Shown: positions 27,093-35,007, counted from the first letter of the stretch. The stretch is 64,000 nt of DNA from Planctomycetota bacterium (GCA_021604805.1 BQJR01000004.1:513794-577793); one strand, 5' to 3'. Notes: generated from the letters alone by a model not told the origin. Made by a program: numbers and translations.

Positions 27093-27108
27093 GGAGACGC
27101 GCGTCTCC
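27093..27108. promoter_or_regulatory. Perfect 16-bp palindrome GGAGACGCGCGTCTCC upstream of the tail-collar gene
   Basis: Read directly. It lies 43 bp upstream of the ATG at 27151, in the htpG/tail-collar divergent region. Function is unknown; it may be an operator or a hairpin. Confidence 0.3.
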
Positions 27109-27150
27109 GCATCCGTCGCTCGAACTGGCCCCACTCAGGAGGCAAAGCCC

Positions 27151-27768
27151 ATGAAGACGCTCAGCAAGACGCTCTCGATCCCCGTTCTCGCCGCCACGCT
27201 GGCGCTGGCCTCCTTCAGCGCGCTGGCCCCCGAAGCGTCTCCGGCGCGCTTCGGCAACGACCCCTTCATCGGGGAGGTGGCGCTCTTCGCGGGCAACTTC
27301 CCGCCACGCGGTTGGGCTTTCTGCGACGGCCAGCTGCTCTCGATCCCCCAGAACTCAGCGCTCTTCTCGATCCTCGGCACGACCTATGGCGGCGACGGTC
27401 GCAGCACCTTCGCGCTGCCCGATCTGCGCGGTCGCGTGGCCGTGCATCCAGGAACCGGCCCCGGCCTGACCACGCGCAAGCTGGGTCAACGCCTGGGCTC
27501 GGAAGCCACGCACATCACGATCGCCCAGATGCCGACGCACAGCCACAACCTGCGCGCCTTCAGCAAGGCCGGCACGAACGACTCCCCCGCCGGCGACGTG
27601 CTCGCCAACGCGGGCACGCGCTTCTATTCGCCCGAAACCCCCAACGTGGACATGAACGGCACCGCGATCTCGAACGCGGGGGGTGGCCAGTCGCTTTCGC
27701 TGCTGCAGCCCTCGCTCGGCCTGAACTACATCATCGCCTTGCAGGGCACCTTCCCCGCGCGCCAATGA
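27151..27768 (+). CDS. Phage-tail-collar domain protein (MdpB/COG4675-like) with signal peptide
   Basis: 'FIGEVALFAGNFPPRGWAFCDGQLLSIPQNSALFSILGTTYGGDGRSTFALPDLRGR' and 'MPTHSHN'. AGGAGG lies 9 nt upstream of the ATG at 27151. Confidence 0.85.
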   Translation: MKTLSKTLSIPVLAATLALASFSALAPEASPARFGNDPFIGEVALFAGNFPPRGWAFCDGQLLSIPQNSALFSILGTTYGGDGRSTFALPDLRGRVAVHPGTGPGLTTRKLGQRLGSEATHITIAQMPTHSHNLRAFSKAGTNDSPAGDVLANAGTRFYSPETPNVDMNGTAISNAGGGQSLSLLQPSLGLNYIIALQGTFPARQ

Positions 27769-27917
27769 GCGGAGCAGCGGGACAGCCACAGGGATCGAGG
27801 CTCGGGCGAGGCGGCCAGGCCGACGGCCCCGTCCACGCGCCGATTTGAGAGAATCCCGAGCGCCCCTGCGAACATCCGGGGCACCTCTCACACGCACTCC
27901 CTCCCGAGATCCCCAAC

Positions 27918-29021
27918 ATGTTCCGCTCACTCTGGGCCGCGTCGTCGCTGGCCCTGCTGGCGGCCTTGAGTTCGCCCGCCGCAGCGCTGCAAGCCGAGCA
28001 GGTCGACGAGCTCCCCGGCTACTACCAGTTCTACAAGCGCACCGGCGACATGGCCGAGCTCGAAGCCGAGCGCACCTTCGCCGCGGCCATGGAGGCCGGC
28101 GAGTACGAAGCGCTGCACCCCGGCACGCCGCTCGTGGACCTCGCGCTGCCCACGGCCAACGGTGTCGACCTGCGCATCCGGCGCAACCTGGGCAAGCGCA
28201 ACACGCTGCTCGTCACCTTCCGATCGTGGTGGTGACTGTTCTGCATGAGGCAGCTCGTGCAGCTGCATGATTCACTTCCGATCTTCGACGCGCTCAACAC
28301 CGACATCATCGCCGTGGCTCTCGAGGAGAGTGACCCGGCCAAGCTCAGCCGCATCCCGAAGCTCGTGGGCGACAAGATCACCTACGTGGCCAACGCCAAG
28401 GGGCGCGCCGACGGCAAACTCCCCAAGACATCGGCGCTGCTGATCGACCGCGACGGCATCGTGCAAACCGTGTTGCCGGGCATCGTGCAAGCGCGCGCGC
28501 CCACGCGTTTGATCCTCGACGAGCTGGCCGCGATGACCGGTGTCACGATCCCTTCGCGCGAGGAGATCAGCGACGACCCCGACGCCGGGCCGATCAGCGT
28601 GCGCTGGGCCTGGTCGCATGACAGCGTGGGGCCCGACGAGCCGCTCAAGCTGATCTTCATGCCCGAGTTGGGCGAGGGCGTCACGCTCGCGGCCGCGGGC
28701 GAGAACCAACTGACGGCGTCGGTCGAGCTGCCGGAAGGTCTCGAGTTGGTCACCGACTTCACGTTGCCCAAGGGCGAGGCGCCCGACGGCATCCGCGGCG
28801 TGGCGAGCGTGTATCGCCGCGACGTTCCGCTCGGCGCGCTCGAGCTGCGCGGCACCGAAGCGCTCAGCGACGGCGAGGCGATCGTGCGCGTCACGCTGAC
28901 CTCGTCGATGTGCACCAAGCGCGGCTGCCACACGCCCGAAGCCGTCGTCTACGAGCTACCGATCCGCACGAACGCTTCGGCCAAGCGGCGCGGCGAGCTC
29001 TTCAACTGGGCGAGTTGGTGA
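27918..29021 (+). CDS. Candidate selenoprotein: secreted thioredoxin-fold redoxin (U-x-x-C) fused to a DsbD-alpha-like domain; in-frame TGA at 28233-28235
   Basis: ORFs 27918..28235 and 28245..29021 share one frame. The junction reads ...LLVTFRSWW-TGA-LFC-MRQLVQLH...IIAVALEE, which is the redoxin layout with TGA in place of the first active-site Cys. G/C-saturated third positions continue across the TGA. The signal peptide is MFRSLWAASSLALLAALSSPAAALQA. The C-terminal 'SSMCTKRGCHTPEAVVYELPI' is DsbD-N-like. Confidence 0.75.
28244..28269 (+). promoter_or_regulatory. Candidate bacterial SECIS hairpin
   Basis: The hairpin starts 9 nt after the UGA. 28244-28246 (CAU) pairs with 28267-28269 (AUG). 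A GAG bulge follows. 28250-28255 (GCAGCU) pairs with 28261-28266 (AGCUGC). The apical loop is CGUGC and contains GU. It was folded by eye only. Confidence 0.55.
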
Positions 29022-29062
29022 GCATCCCGCAGGAGGAGCGCGCGAGTCGCTAGGATCGGGCG

Positions 29063-31447
29063 ATGCCCGTGACTGCCTCGCGCCTCCTCCTGCGGTTTCG
29101 TCTGCTCGCCGCGCTCGCGCTCGGTGCGCTCGGCGTGGGTTGCGGCCCCAGCGCGCCGCCGCCCGACTTGTTGCGGCTCGACTCGCAGCTCCTGCCCGAT
29201 CTCCAGCTCACGCCGCCGGATGCGGCAGCAGCGAGCGCCGAGCTCTTGGCGAGTTGGCCGGCAGCTTCGGGCGCGCCGCTCCGCTTGCACCGCGTGCAGC
29301 CGCTGGGCGACGGCGGGTTGCGACTCACGGAAGCCCCCGAGCGCGAGGCCTTTGCGCTCAAGGCGTCGCGCATCCTGCTGCTGGACGCCGCACCTGGCGA
29401 GCTGCTGCGCGTGGAGGTCGAGTTCGAAGGCCTCGGCCCGACGCGCGTGATCGGCGGCATCACGAGCTTGCCCGAACGCTTGCGCGCCGGTGACACGCGC
29501 GCGGGCAGGTCGGCGCAAGGCCTGCTGCGCGCCGTGCGCGACGACGCGCGTCCGCTCCCCACCGAAGTCGCGGGAACGGTGCAGCTCGCGCGCGCGCTGC
29601 ACCGGATGCCCGCGGATCACACACAGCTGGCCGTGATGCTCAAGGGCAGCGCGGAGCCGGCCCGCCTGTTGGCCGTGCGCGTGGAGCGCCTGTCACTCAC
29701 GGAGTACCTGGCCGAAGATCTCCCGCGCGTGCACGAGATCAAGCCGCAGGCCCAGGTGCTCTCACGCGCGCTGCGTCTGGAACGCGACGTACGCCGCGGT
29801 CTGCGCCTCGACCCCGACACGATCTGGCGCTGGCGACTCCCCGCACACGAACGCGCTTACCGTTTCGAAGCCGCGCTCGGCCTCGCCCCGCGACACGTCG
29901 CGCTCGGCGGGAAGCTGCATCTGCGGGTGCTCGCCGATGGCGCAACGCTCTTGGACCGCGAACTCAGCGGGAGCGCCGACCTGAGCGTGTCGGCGTGGAC
30001 GCCGCTGCGCGCGGAGTTGCCCGTCGGGACACGCACGCTCGAAGTGCACGCCAGCTGGCCCAGCGGCGACGGCCCGCTCGCCATGCTCGCGCACCCGCGC
30101 TTGCGTCGCGCCGAACTCGAAGCGCCGCCGAACCTGCTCGTGATCAGCCTCGACACGCTGCGCTCGGATCGCCTCGGAGCCTACGGCGGCCCCGCACCCA
30201 GCGCGCACCTCGATGCCTTCGCCGCGCAGAACCTGATGTTCACGCGCGCCTACGCACCCTCGGCCTACACGCTCCCCGGACACGCCAGCCTGCTCAGCGG
30301 GCAGCTCCCCGCGCTGCACGGTGCGCGCGATCTCAAAGACAAGGTCGACGCCGAACGCACGCCGCTGCTCGCGCCGAACTTGGCCGCGCAAGGCTACGTG
30401 ACCGCGGCCTTCACCGGCGGCGGCTTCCTCTCCACGAGCTTCGGCTTCGGCGCCGGCTTCGACCGCTTCGCGCACAACGACCCATGCTGGCCGGTGGACA
30501 CACAACGCGGGCAGCAGCTGCTCGGCCTCCCCGATGAAGGCGCTTACGAACTCGCCCTGCTGCAGCGCTCAGGCGTGGATCAGCTCGCCGCCTGGCTCCA
30601 CGCACAACCGCCGGGCGCACCCTTCTTCGCGCTCGTCCACACCTACGCCACGCACAACTACGCGCCCAATCAACGCTGGCTCGAACGCGCAGGATTGCTC
30701 GACGACGACGGCGCCGAACGCCCGTTCTCCCACGCCGAGAGCAAAGCCTTCCACGCCGGCCAACTCGAGCTGCGCGACGCCGTGTACGAGCAGTTCGCCG
30801 CGCACTACGACGCCAGCATCGGCATGGCCGACGACTTCGTGGGCACGCTGCTCGACGCGCTCGAACGCAGCGGGCACGCGCAGGACACCGTGGTCGTGAT
30901 CACCTCGGATCACGGCGAAGAGCTCGGCGAACACGATCGCTTCGGACACGGCCGGTCGCTGCGCGAAGGTGTCACGCGCGTGCCGCTGCTGGTGCGCGTG
31001 CCCGGCCGCGCCGCCGCACGCATCGAAGACAGCGTGAGCTTGGCCGACGTCGCACCGTGGTTGCTCCGCCTGCTCGGCCAGCCCGTGGACCCGCGCATGC
31101 AAGCGCCGCCGGCCCTGGCGCCCGACACGCTCGACCCGCCCACGCGGCACACCACGCTGCTCGACCTCGGCGCCGGCTCGATCGACCTCTGGGCGCTGCG
31201 CGAGGGCGATCACAAACTCGTGTTCGACGCCGCCCGCGACAACTGGCAACTCTTCGACCTCGCGAGCGCACAAGGCGAGCACCGCGACGTGTCGTCGGAG
31301 GAGCCCGAGGTGCTCGACGCGCTGCGTCACAAACTCGAGGGCTACCGCGCGCTGGCCGAAGCGCGCGAAGCCGCGGGCGAAGGCCTGCTCGATCCCGAGA
31401 CGCGCCGGCAGCTCGCGCAACTCGGCTACCTCGACGGGGACGACTGA
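29063..31447 (+). CDS. Lipoprotein, alkaline-phosphatase-superfamily (sulfatase/NPP-like) hydrolase with ~330-aa N-terminal extension
   Basis: LLAALALGALGVGCG has a lipobox. Also seen: 'NLLVISLDTLRSDRLGAYGG', 'SAYTLPGHASLLSG' (Thr at the nucleophile position, not Cys/Ser), 'VVITSDHGEELGEH', and a C-terminal 'LAQLGYLDGDD'. Confidence 0.8.
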   Translation: MPVTASRLLLRFRLLAALALGALGVGCGPSAPPPDLLRLDSQLLPDLQLTPPDAAAASAELLASWPAASGAPLRLHRVQPLGDGGLRLTEAPEREAFALKASRILLLDAAPGELLRVEVEFEGLGPTRVIGGITSLPERLRAGDTRAGRSAQGLLRAVRDDARPLPTEVAGTVQLARALHRMPADHTQLAVMLKGSAEPARLLAVRVERLSLTEYLAEDLPRVHEIKPQAQVLSRALRLERDVRRGLRLDPDTIWRWRLPAHERAYRFEAALGLAPRHVALGGKLHLRVLADGATLLDRELSGSADLSVSAWTPLRAELPVGTRTLEVHASWPSGDGPLAMLAHPRLRRAELEAPPNLLVISLDTLRSDRLGAYGGPAPSAHLDAFAAQNLMFTRAYAPSAYTLPGHASLLSGQLPALHGARDLKDKVDAERTPLLAPNLAAQGYVTAAFTGGGFLSTSFGFGAGFDRFAHNDPCWPVDTQRGQQLLGLPDEGAYELALLQRSGVDQLAAWLHAQPPGAPFFALVHTYATHNYAPNQRWLERAGLLDDDGAERPFSHAESKAFHAGQLELRDAVYEQFAAHYDASIGMADDFVGTLLDALERSGHAQDTVVVITSDHGEELGEHDRFGHGRSLREGVTRVPLLVRVPGRAAARIEDSVSLADVAPWLLRLLGQPVDPRMQAPPALAPDTLDPPTRHTTLLDLGAGSIDLWALREGDHKLVFDAARDNWQLFDLASAQGEHRDVSSEEPEVLDALRHKLEGYRALAEAREAAGEGLLDPETRRQLAQLGYLDGDD

Positions 31448-31450
31448 GTC

Positions 31451-32182
31451 ATGCGCCCGCCGCCCTTGGGCAACCGCCGCCGCCGCGACGAACTCATGGA
31501 CGACCCCGCGCTCGACGCGGCGCGTCATCACGAGGCGCTCGAGGGCCTGGCGCGCCTGCACCGCGCGAGCTTCACGGCGCGTCGCATCTGGTCGCGGCTG
31601 GCACCCTTGGCCCGCACGCAAGACACACCGCTGCGCGTGCTCGACGTGGCCTGCGGCGGCGGCGAGTTGCTCGTGGATCTCGCGCAGCGCGCGCGTCGTG
31701 CCGGTCTCGAACTGGAAGCGTGGGGTTGTGATCGGAGCGACGTCGCCCTGCAACACGCCGAGAACGCCGCGCAGCGTGCCGGACTGTCCGCGCATTTCCT
31801 GCAAGCCGACGTGCTGCACGAGCTGCCGCTGCACACACCCGACGGCGCTCCCTACCACGTGATGCTGAACTCGCTGTTCCTGCACCACATCTCCGAGACC
31901 GAAGCCTTCCATTTGCTCACGCGCCTGCGCGAGCACGCCACGCGCGCGGTGCTGGTGCACGACCTGCTGCGCTCGCGCGCGGGTTGGCGCTGGGCCTGGC
32001 TCGGCTCGCGTTGCCTCACGCGTTCGCCGGTGGTGCGTCACGATGCGCTGGCCTCGGTGGAGTCCGCCTTCAGCTACAGCGAGCTCGGCTTCCTGTTCGG
32101 TCGCGCCGGCATGCACCGCAATCAAACCCGAGTCTGGACGCCGTGGCCCGCGCGACTGCTCGCGCTCTGGCAACGACCGTGA
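31451..32182 (+). CDS. Class I SAM-dependent methyltransferase
   Basis: 'VLDVACGGGELLVDLA' is the SAM motif I. The start is 3 nt after the upstream stop, and the stop overlaps the next start (GTGA). Confidence 0.8.
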   Translation: MRPPPLGNRRRRDELMDDPALDAARHHEALEGLARLHRASFTARRIWSRLAPLARTQDTPLRVLDVACGGGELLVDLAQRARRAGLELEAWGCDRSDVALQHAENAAQRAGLSAHFLQADVLHELPLHTPDGAPYHVMLNSLFLHHISETEAFHLLTRLREHATRAVLVHDLLRSRAGWRWAWLGSRCLTRSPVVRHDALASVESAFSYSELGFLFGRAGMHRNQTRVWTPWPARLLALWQRP

Positions 32183-33375
32183 CGCGAACTCCGATCCTGG
32201 TGGTGGGCGGCGGACCGGCGGGCGCGCTCGCGGCGCGCGGCTTGGCCTTGCGCGGGCAACGCGTGGCCTTGATCGAAGCTCGCTCACAGGCCCATGACAA
32301 AGTGTGCGGCGCCTGCTTGCACCCCGAGGCCGTGCGCGAACTCGATCGCGCCGGGCTCGGGCAGCTGCTCGAACACGCGCAGGAGTTGAGCTCACTCGAG
32401 CTCTTCCGCAACGCACGACGGGTGCGCTTGCAGGTGGCGCTCGGCCGCGTGTTGTCGCGTCGTGCGCTGGACGAAGCGCTTTTGCTCGCCGCAGTCCACG
32501 CCGGCGTGGAGCTGCGCCGCGGACACAGCGCGGTCTCGCTCACGACCCGTCACGACGGCGTGGAGCTCGACGTGCGCGCGCCCACCGGTGAGGTCGCACG
32601 CGAGCACGCCTCCGTGGTGTTGCTCGCGAACGGGCTCGGCAACCTACGCGTGTCGAGCAGCGCCGGCCCGAGCGCCTCGCGCGCCGCGGCGGGAAGCGCA
32701 CCGACATCGCGCGCCACGACAGCGAGCAGGGCGTCAGCGGGCGCACGTGCGCGTCGACCGGCGCGGGCGCGGCGTTTGGGCGCGGGCGCGATCCTCCCGG
32801 CGTCCGCTCCCGGGCCCGAGCGCGGCCTGCTGCAGATGTTCGTCGCGCCGGAGGGCTACATGGGCGTCGTGCGCCTGGAAGACGACCGCCTCGACCTCGC
32901 CGCCGCCTTCGATGCCGAAGCCTTGCGCAACGCGGGCGGCGCCGCCGACCTGGCCGCGCGACTGTTCGCGCGCGCCGACCATGCGCTGCACGAGTTCGCA
33001 GGCCGCGCGCGTTGGCGAGGCACGCCCGCGCTCGCGCGACCGGAAGCACCCACGCTGCAGCACGTGCTCCCGCTCGGCGACGCCGCCGGCTCCGTGGAAC
33101 CCTTCACCGGCGAGGGCCTGCGACGCGCCTTCGTCCAAGCGAACGCCGTGGTGGAGCACACGCTCGACGCCGTTGCCGGGAACGGGCAAGCCGCCGCTCG
33201 CTGGGCCCGCACGCGACGCGAGCTGTTGCGCGCGAACACCGCGCGCGTGAACCGTCTCGCTGGAGCCCTGCGACATCCGCGCGTGGTGGCTTTGGGCGTG
33301 GGGCTGGCGTCGCTCTGGCCCGCGGCTGCCGAGCGCGTCGCGGGAAGCTTGCACGGCCGAACGGTGCTGCGATGA
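32179..33375 (+). CDS. FAD-dependent oxidoreductase (geranylgeranyl-reductase/hydroxylase-like); the central ~130 nt has the codon signature of another frame
   Basis: 'ILVVGGGPAGALAARGLALRGQRVALIE' is a Rossmann GxGxxG; 'LLANGLGN' and 'GYMGVVRLED' were also seen. Residues encoded by ~32643-32775 are S/A/R/T/P low complexity. See the finding on the frame anomaly. Confidence 0.7.
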   Translation: MTRTPILVVGGGPAGALAARGLALRGQRVALIEARSQAHDKVCGACLHPEAVRELDRAGLGQLLEHAQELSSLELFRNARRVRLQVALGRVLSRRALDEALLLAAVHAGVELRRGHSAVSLTTRHDGVELDVRAPTGEVAREHASVVLLANGLGNLRVSSSAGPSASRAAAGSAPTSRATTASRASAGARARRPARARRLGAGAILPASAPGPERGLLQMFVAPEGYMGVVRLEDDRLDLAAAFDAEALRNAGGAADLAARLFARADHALHEFAGRARWRGTPALARPEAPTLQHVLPLGDAAGSVEPFTGEGLRRAFVQANAVVEHTLDAVAGNGQAAARWARTRRELLRANTARVNRLAGALRHPRVVALGVGLASLWPAAAERVAGSLHGRTVLR

Positions 33376-34427
33376 GCGCCGCGCTGCTCGGCTTCGGCGC
33401 GGCCTGGCCGCCCCACGAACTCAGCGCCGCGCGTTGCGTCGAGTTGCTCGCGAGCTGCACGCGCGTGCCCGAACGCACGCTCCGCGCACTCGTGCGTCGC
33501 TCGGGCGTGAACACACGTCGCGTGGTGCTCCCGACCGAGGGCGAAGCGGGCTTGCGCGAACTGCTGCAGAGCGAAGCCCCCCGCGGCCCCGGCACCGCGC
33601 GTCGCATGCAACTGTTCGCGCAACACGCGCCGCCGCTCGCCGAAGCCGCCGCGCGCGAGGCCTTGCTCGAGGCCCGAGTCCACGCCGGCGCGATCACCCA
33701 CCTCGTGTGCGTGAGTTGCACCGGTTTCGTGGCGCCCGGCCTCGACCACGCGTTGAGCACCGCGCTCGCGCTGAGCCCCGACGTGCAGCGCACCCAGGTC
33801 GGCTTCATGGGTTGCCACGGCGCGCTCAACGGGCTGCGTGTGGCCCAGGCCTTCGCCGAACAGAACGCACGTCATCGCGTGCTCTTGGTGGCCGTGGAGC
33901 TGTGCAGCCTGCACGTCCAGACGGATCCCGACAACGCGCAACTCGTGTCCAACCTGCTCTTCGGCGACGGCGCCGCCGCGGTGCTGCTCGCTTCCGAAGG
34001 GAACGGGCCGCGTCACGTGGGCGGCGCCAGTCACTTACTGCCCGACAGCGCTGAGCTCATGAGCTGGCGCATCGGCGACGCGGGTTTCGAGATGGGCCTC
34101 TCTGCCGAAGTGCCGGCCGTGCTGCGCGCGACCCTGCGCCCTTGGGTCGACGCGCAACTCGCCGCCCACGCGCTCACCCGCAACGACGTCGGTGCTTGGG
34201 CGGTGCACCCCGGCGGCCCGCGCATCCTCGACGCCGTGGAGCAGGCGCTCGAGCTCCCGCGCCGCGCACTCGCTGCCTCGCGTGAGTTGCTCGCCACGCG
34301 CGGCAACATGTCGTCGCCCACGGTGCTCATGTTGCTGCGCGGGTTCGCCGCAGCCGACACGCCGCGCCCGTGGGTGGTGCTGGCCTTCGGGCCCGGGCTC
34401 AGCGCGGAACTGGCGTTGCTGACGTAG
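33372..34427 (+). CDS. Type III polyketide synthase (chalcone/stilbene synthase family)
   Basis: The catalytic triad contexts are 'VSCTGFVAPG' (Cys), 'WAVHPGGPRIL' (His) and 'GNMSSPTVL' (Asn). The ATG overlaps the upstream stop (ATGA). Confidence 0.9.
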   Translation: MSAALLGFGAAWPPHELSAARCVELLASCTRVPERTLRALVRRSGVNTRRVVLPTEGEAGLRELLQSEAPRGPGTARRMQLFAQHAPPLAEAAAREALLEARVHAGAITHLVCVSCTGFVAPGLDHALSTALALSPDVQRTQVGFMGCHGALNGLRVAQAFAEQNARHRVLLVAVELCSLHVQTDPDNAQLVSNLLFGDGAAAVLLASEGNGPRHVGGASHLLPDSAELMSWRIGDAGFEMGLSAEVPAVLRATLRPWVDAQLAAHALTRNDVGAWAVHPGGPRILDAVEQALELPRRALAASRELLATRGNMSSPTVLMLLRGFAAADTPRPWVVLAFGPGLSAELALLT

Positions 34428-34496
34428 GCACGCGTCGGCACGCGTTGGCACGCGTCCGCACACGTGGGCGCGCGTCGGTCGGCGTCGGCGCGCGTC
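34427..34496. repeat. Seven tandem 10-bp units (GGCACGCGTC and variants) filling the whole space between two convergent stop codons
   Basis: The units are GGCACGCGTC GGCACGCGTT GGCACGCGTC CGCACACGTG GGCGCGCGTC GGTCGGCGTC GGCGCGCGTC. The first G overlaps the TAG of the PKS gene, and the last bases overlap the MarR stop. Confidence 0.85.
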
Positions 34497-35007
34497 AGCT
34501 TGTGGGCGGGAGTTCGCCTTCCAGCTCTGCCAGCAGCCGCCGCAGGATGCGTTCCAGGCTGGTGCGATCCCGCTCGGGCAAGTTCGCCACGGCGCTCGTG
34601 GCTTCGTCGAAGCGCGCTTCGAGGGCGCTGTCGACCGTGGCGAGGCCCTGCTCGGTGAGCGACACGCGCACGCCGCGCCGATCTCCGGGCTGCGCTTCAC
34701 GGCGCACGAGGCCGGCCGCCTCGAGCCGGTCGATGCGGTTCGTCATCGCGCCGGGAGTGAGCAGGATCGTGCGACTCAGCTCGGTAGGCGTGAGCCGGTA
34801 GGGCGCACCTTGGCGACGCAGCGTGGCGAGCACGTCGAAAGAGGACAGCGCCAGCTCGTGGGGCTCGAGCGCCTGCCCGACGCGCCGCTCCAGGAGCTTG
34901 CCGAGCAGCAGCAGGCGCCCCACCACACCGAAGCCTCCGGTGTCGAGATCGGGCCGCTCCGTTGCCCATTGAGCCTGAATCGCGTCGATGCGGTCGTTCT
35001 CGGTCAT
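34495..35007 (-). CDS. MarR-family transcriptional regulator
   Basis: 'FDVLATLRRQGAPYRLTPTELSRTILLTPGAMTNRIDRLEAAGLVRREAQPGDRRGVRVSLTEQG' is a winged HTH. The ATG at 35007 is preferred; codons 35008-35037 are rich in A/T at third positions. Confidence 0.85.
   Translation of the reverse strand: MTENDRIDAIQAQWATERPDLDTGGFGVVGRLLLLGKLLERRVGQALEPHELALSSFDVLATLRRQGAPYRLTPTELSRTILLTPGAMTNRIDRLEAAGLVRREAQPGDRRGVRVSLTEQGLATVDSALEARFDEATSAVANLPERDRTSLERILRRLLAELEGELPPTS

Noticed and set aside
28233-28235. TGA as a simple nonsense mutation, i.e. a pseudogene of a Cys-containing redoxin
   Set aside because: This cannot be excluded without reads or homologues. It is considered less likely for three reasons: the stop falls exactly on the catalytic Cys codon, the coding signature is intact on both sides, and a hairpin sits at SECIS distance. 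It is kept as the main alternative hypothesis.
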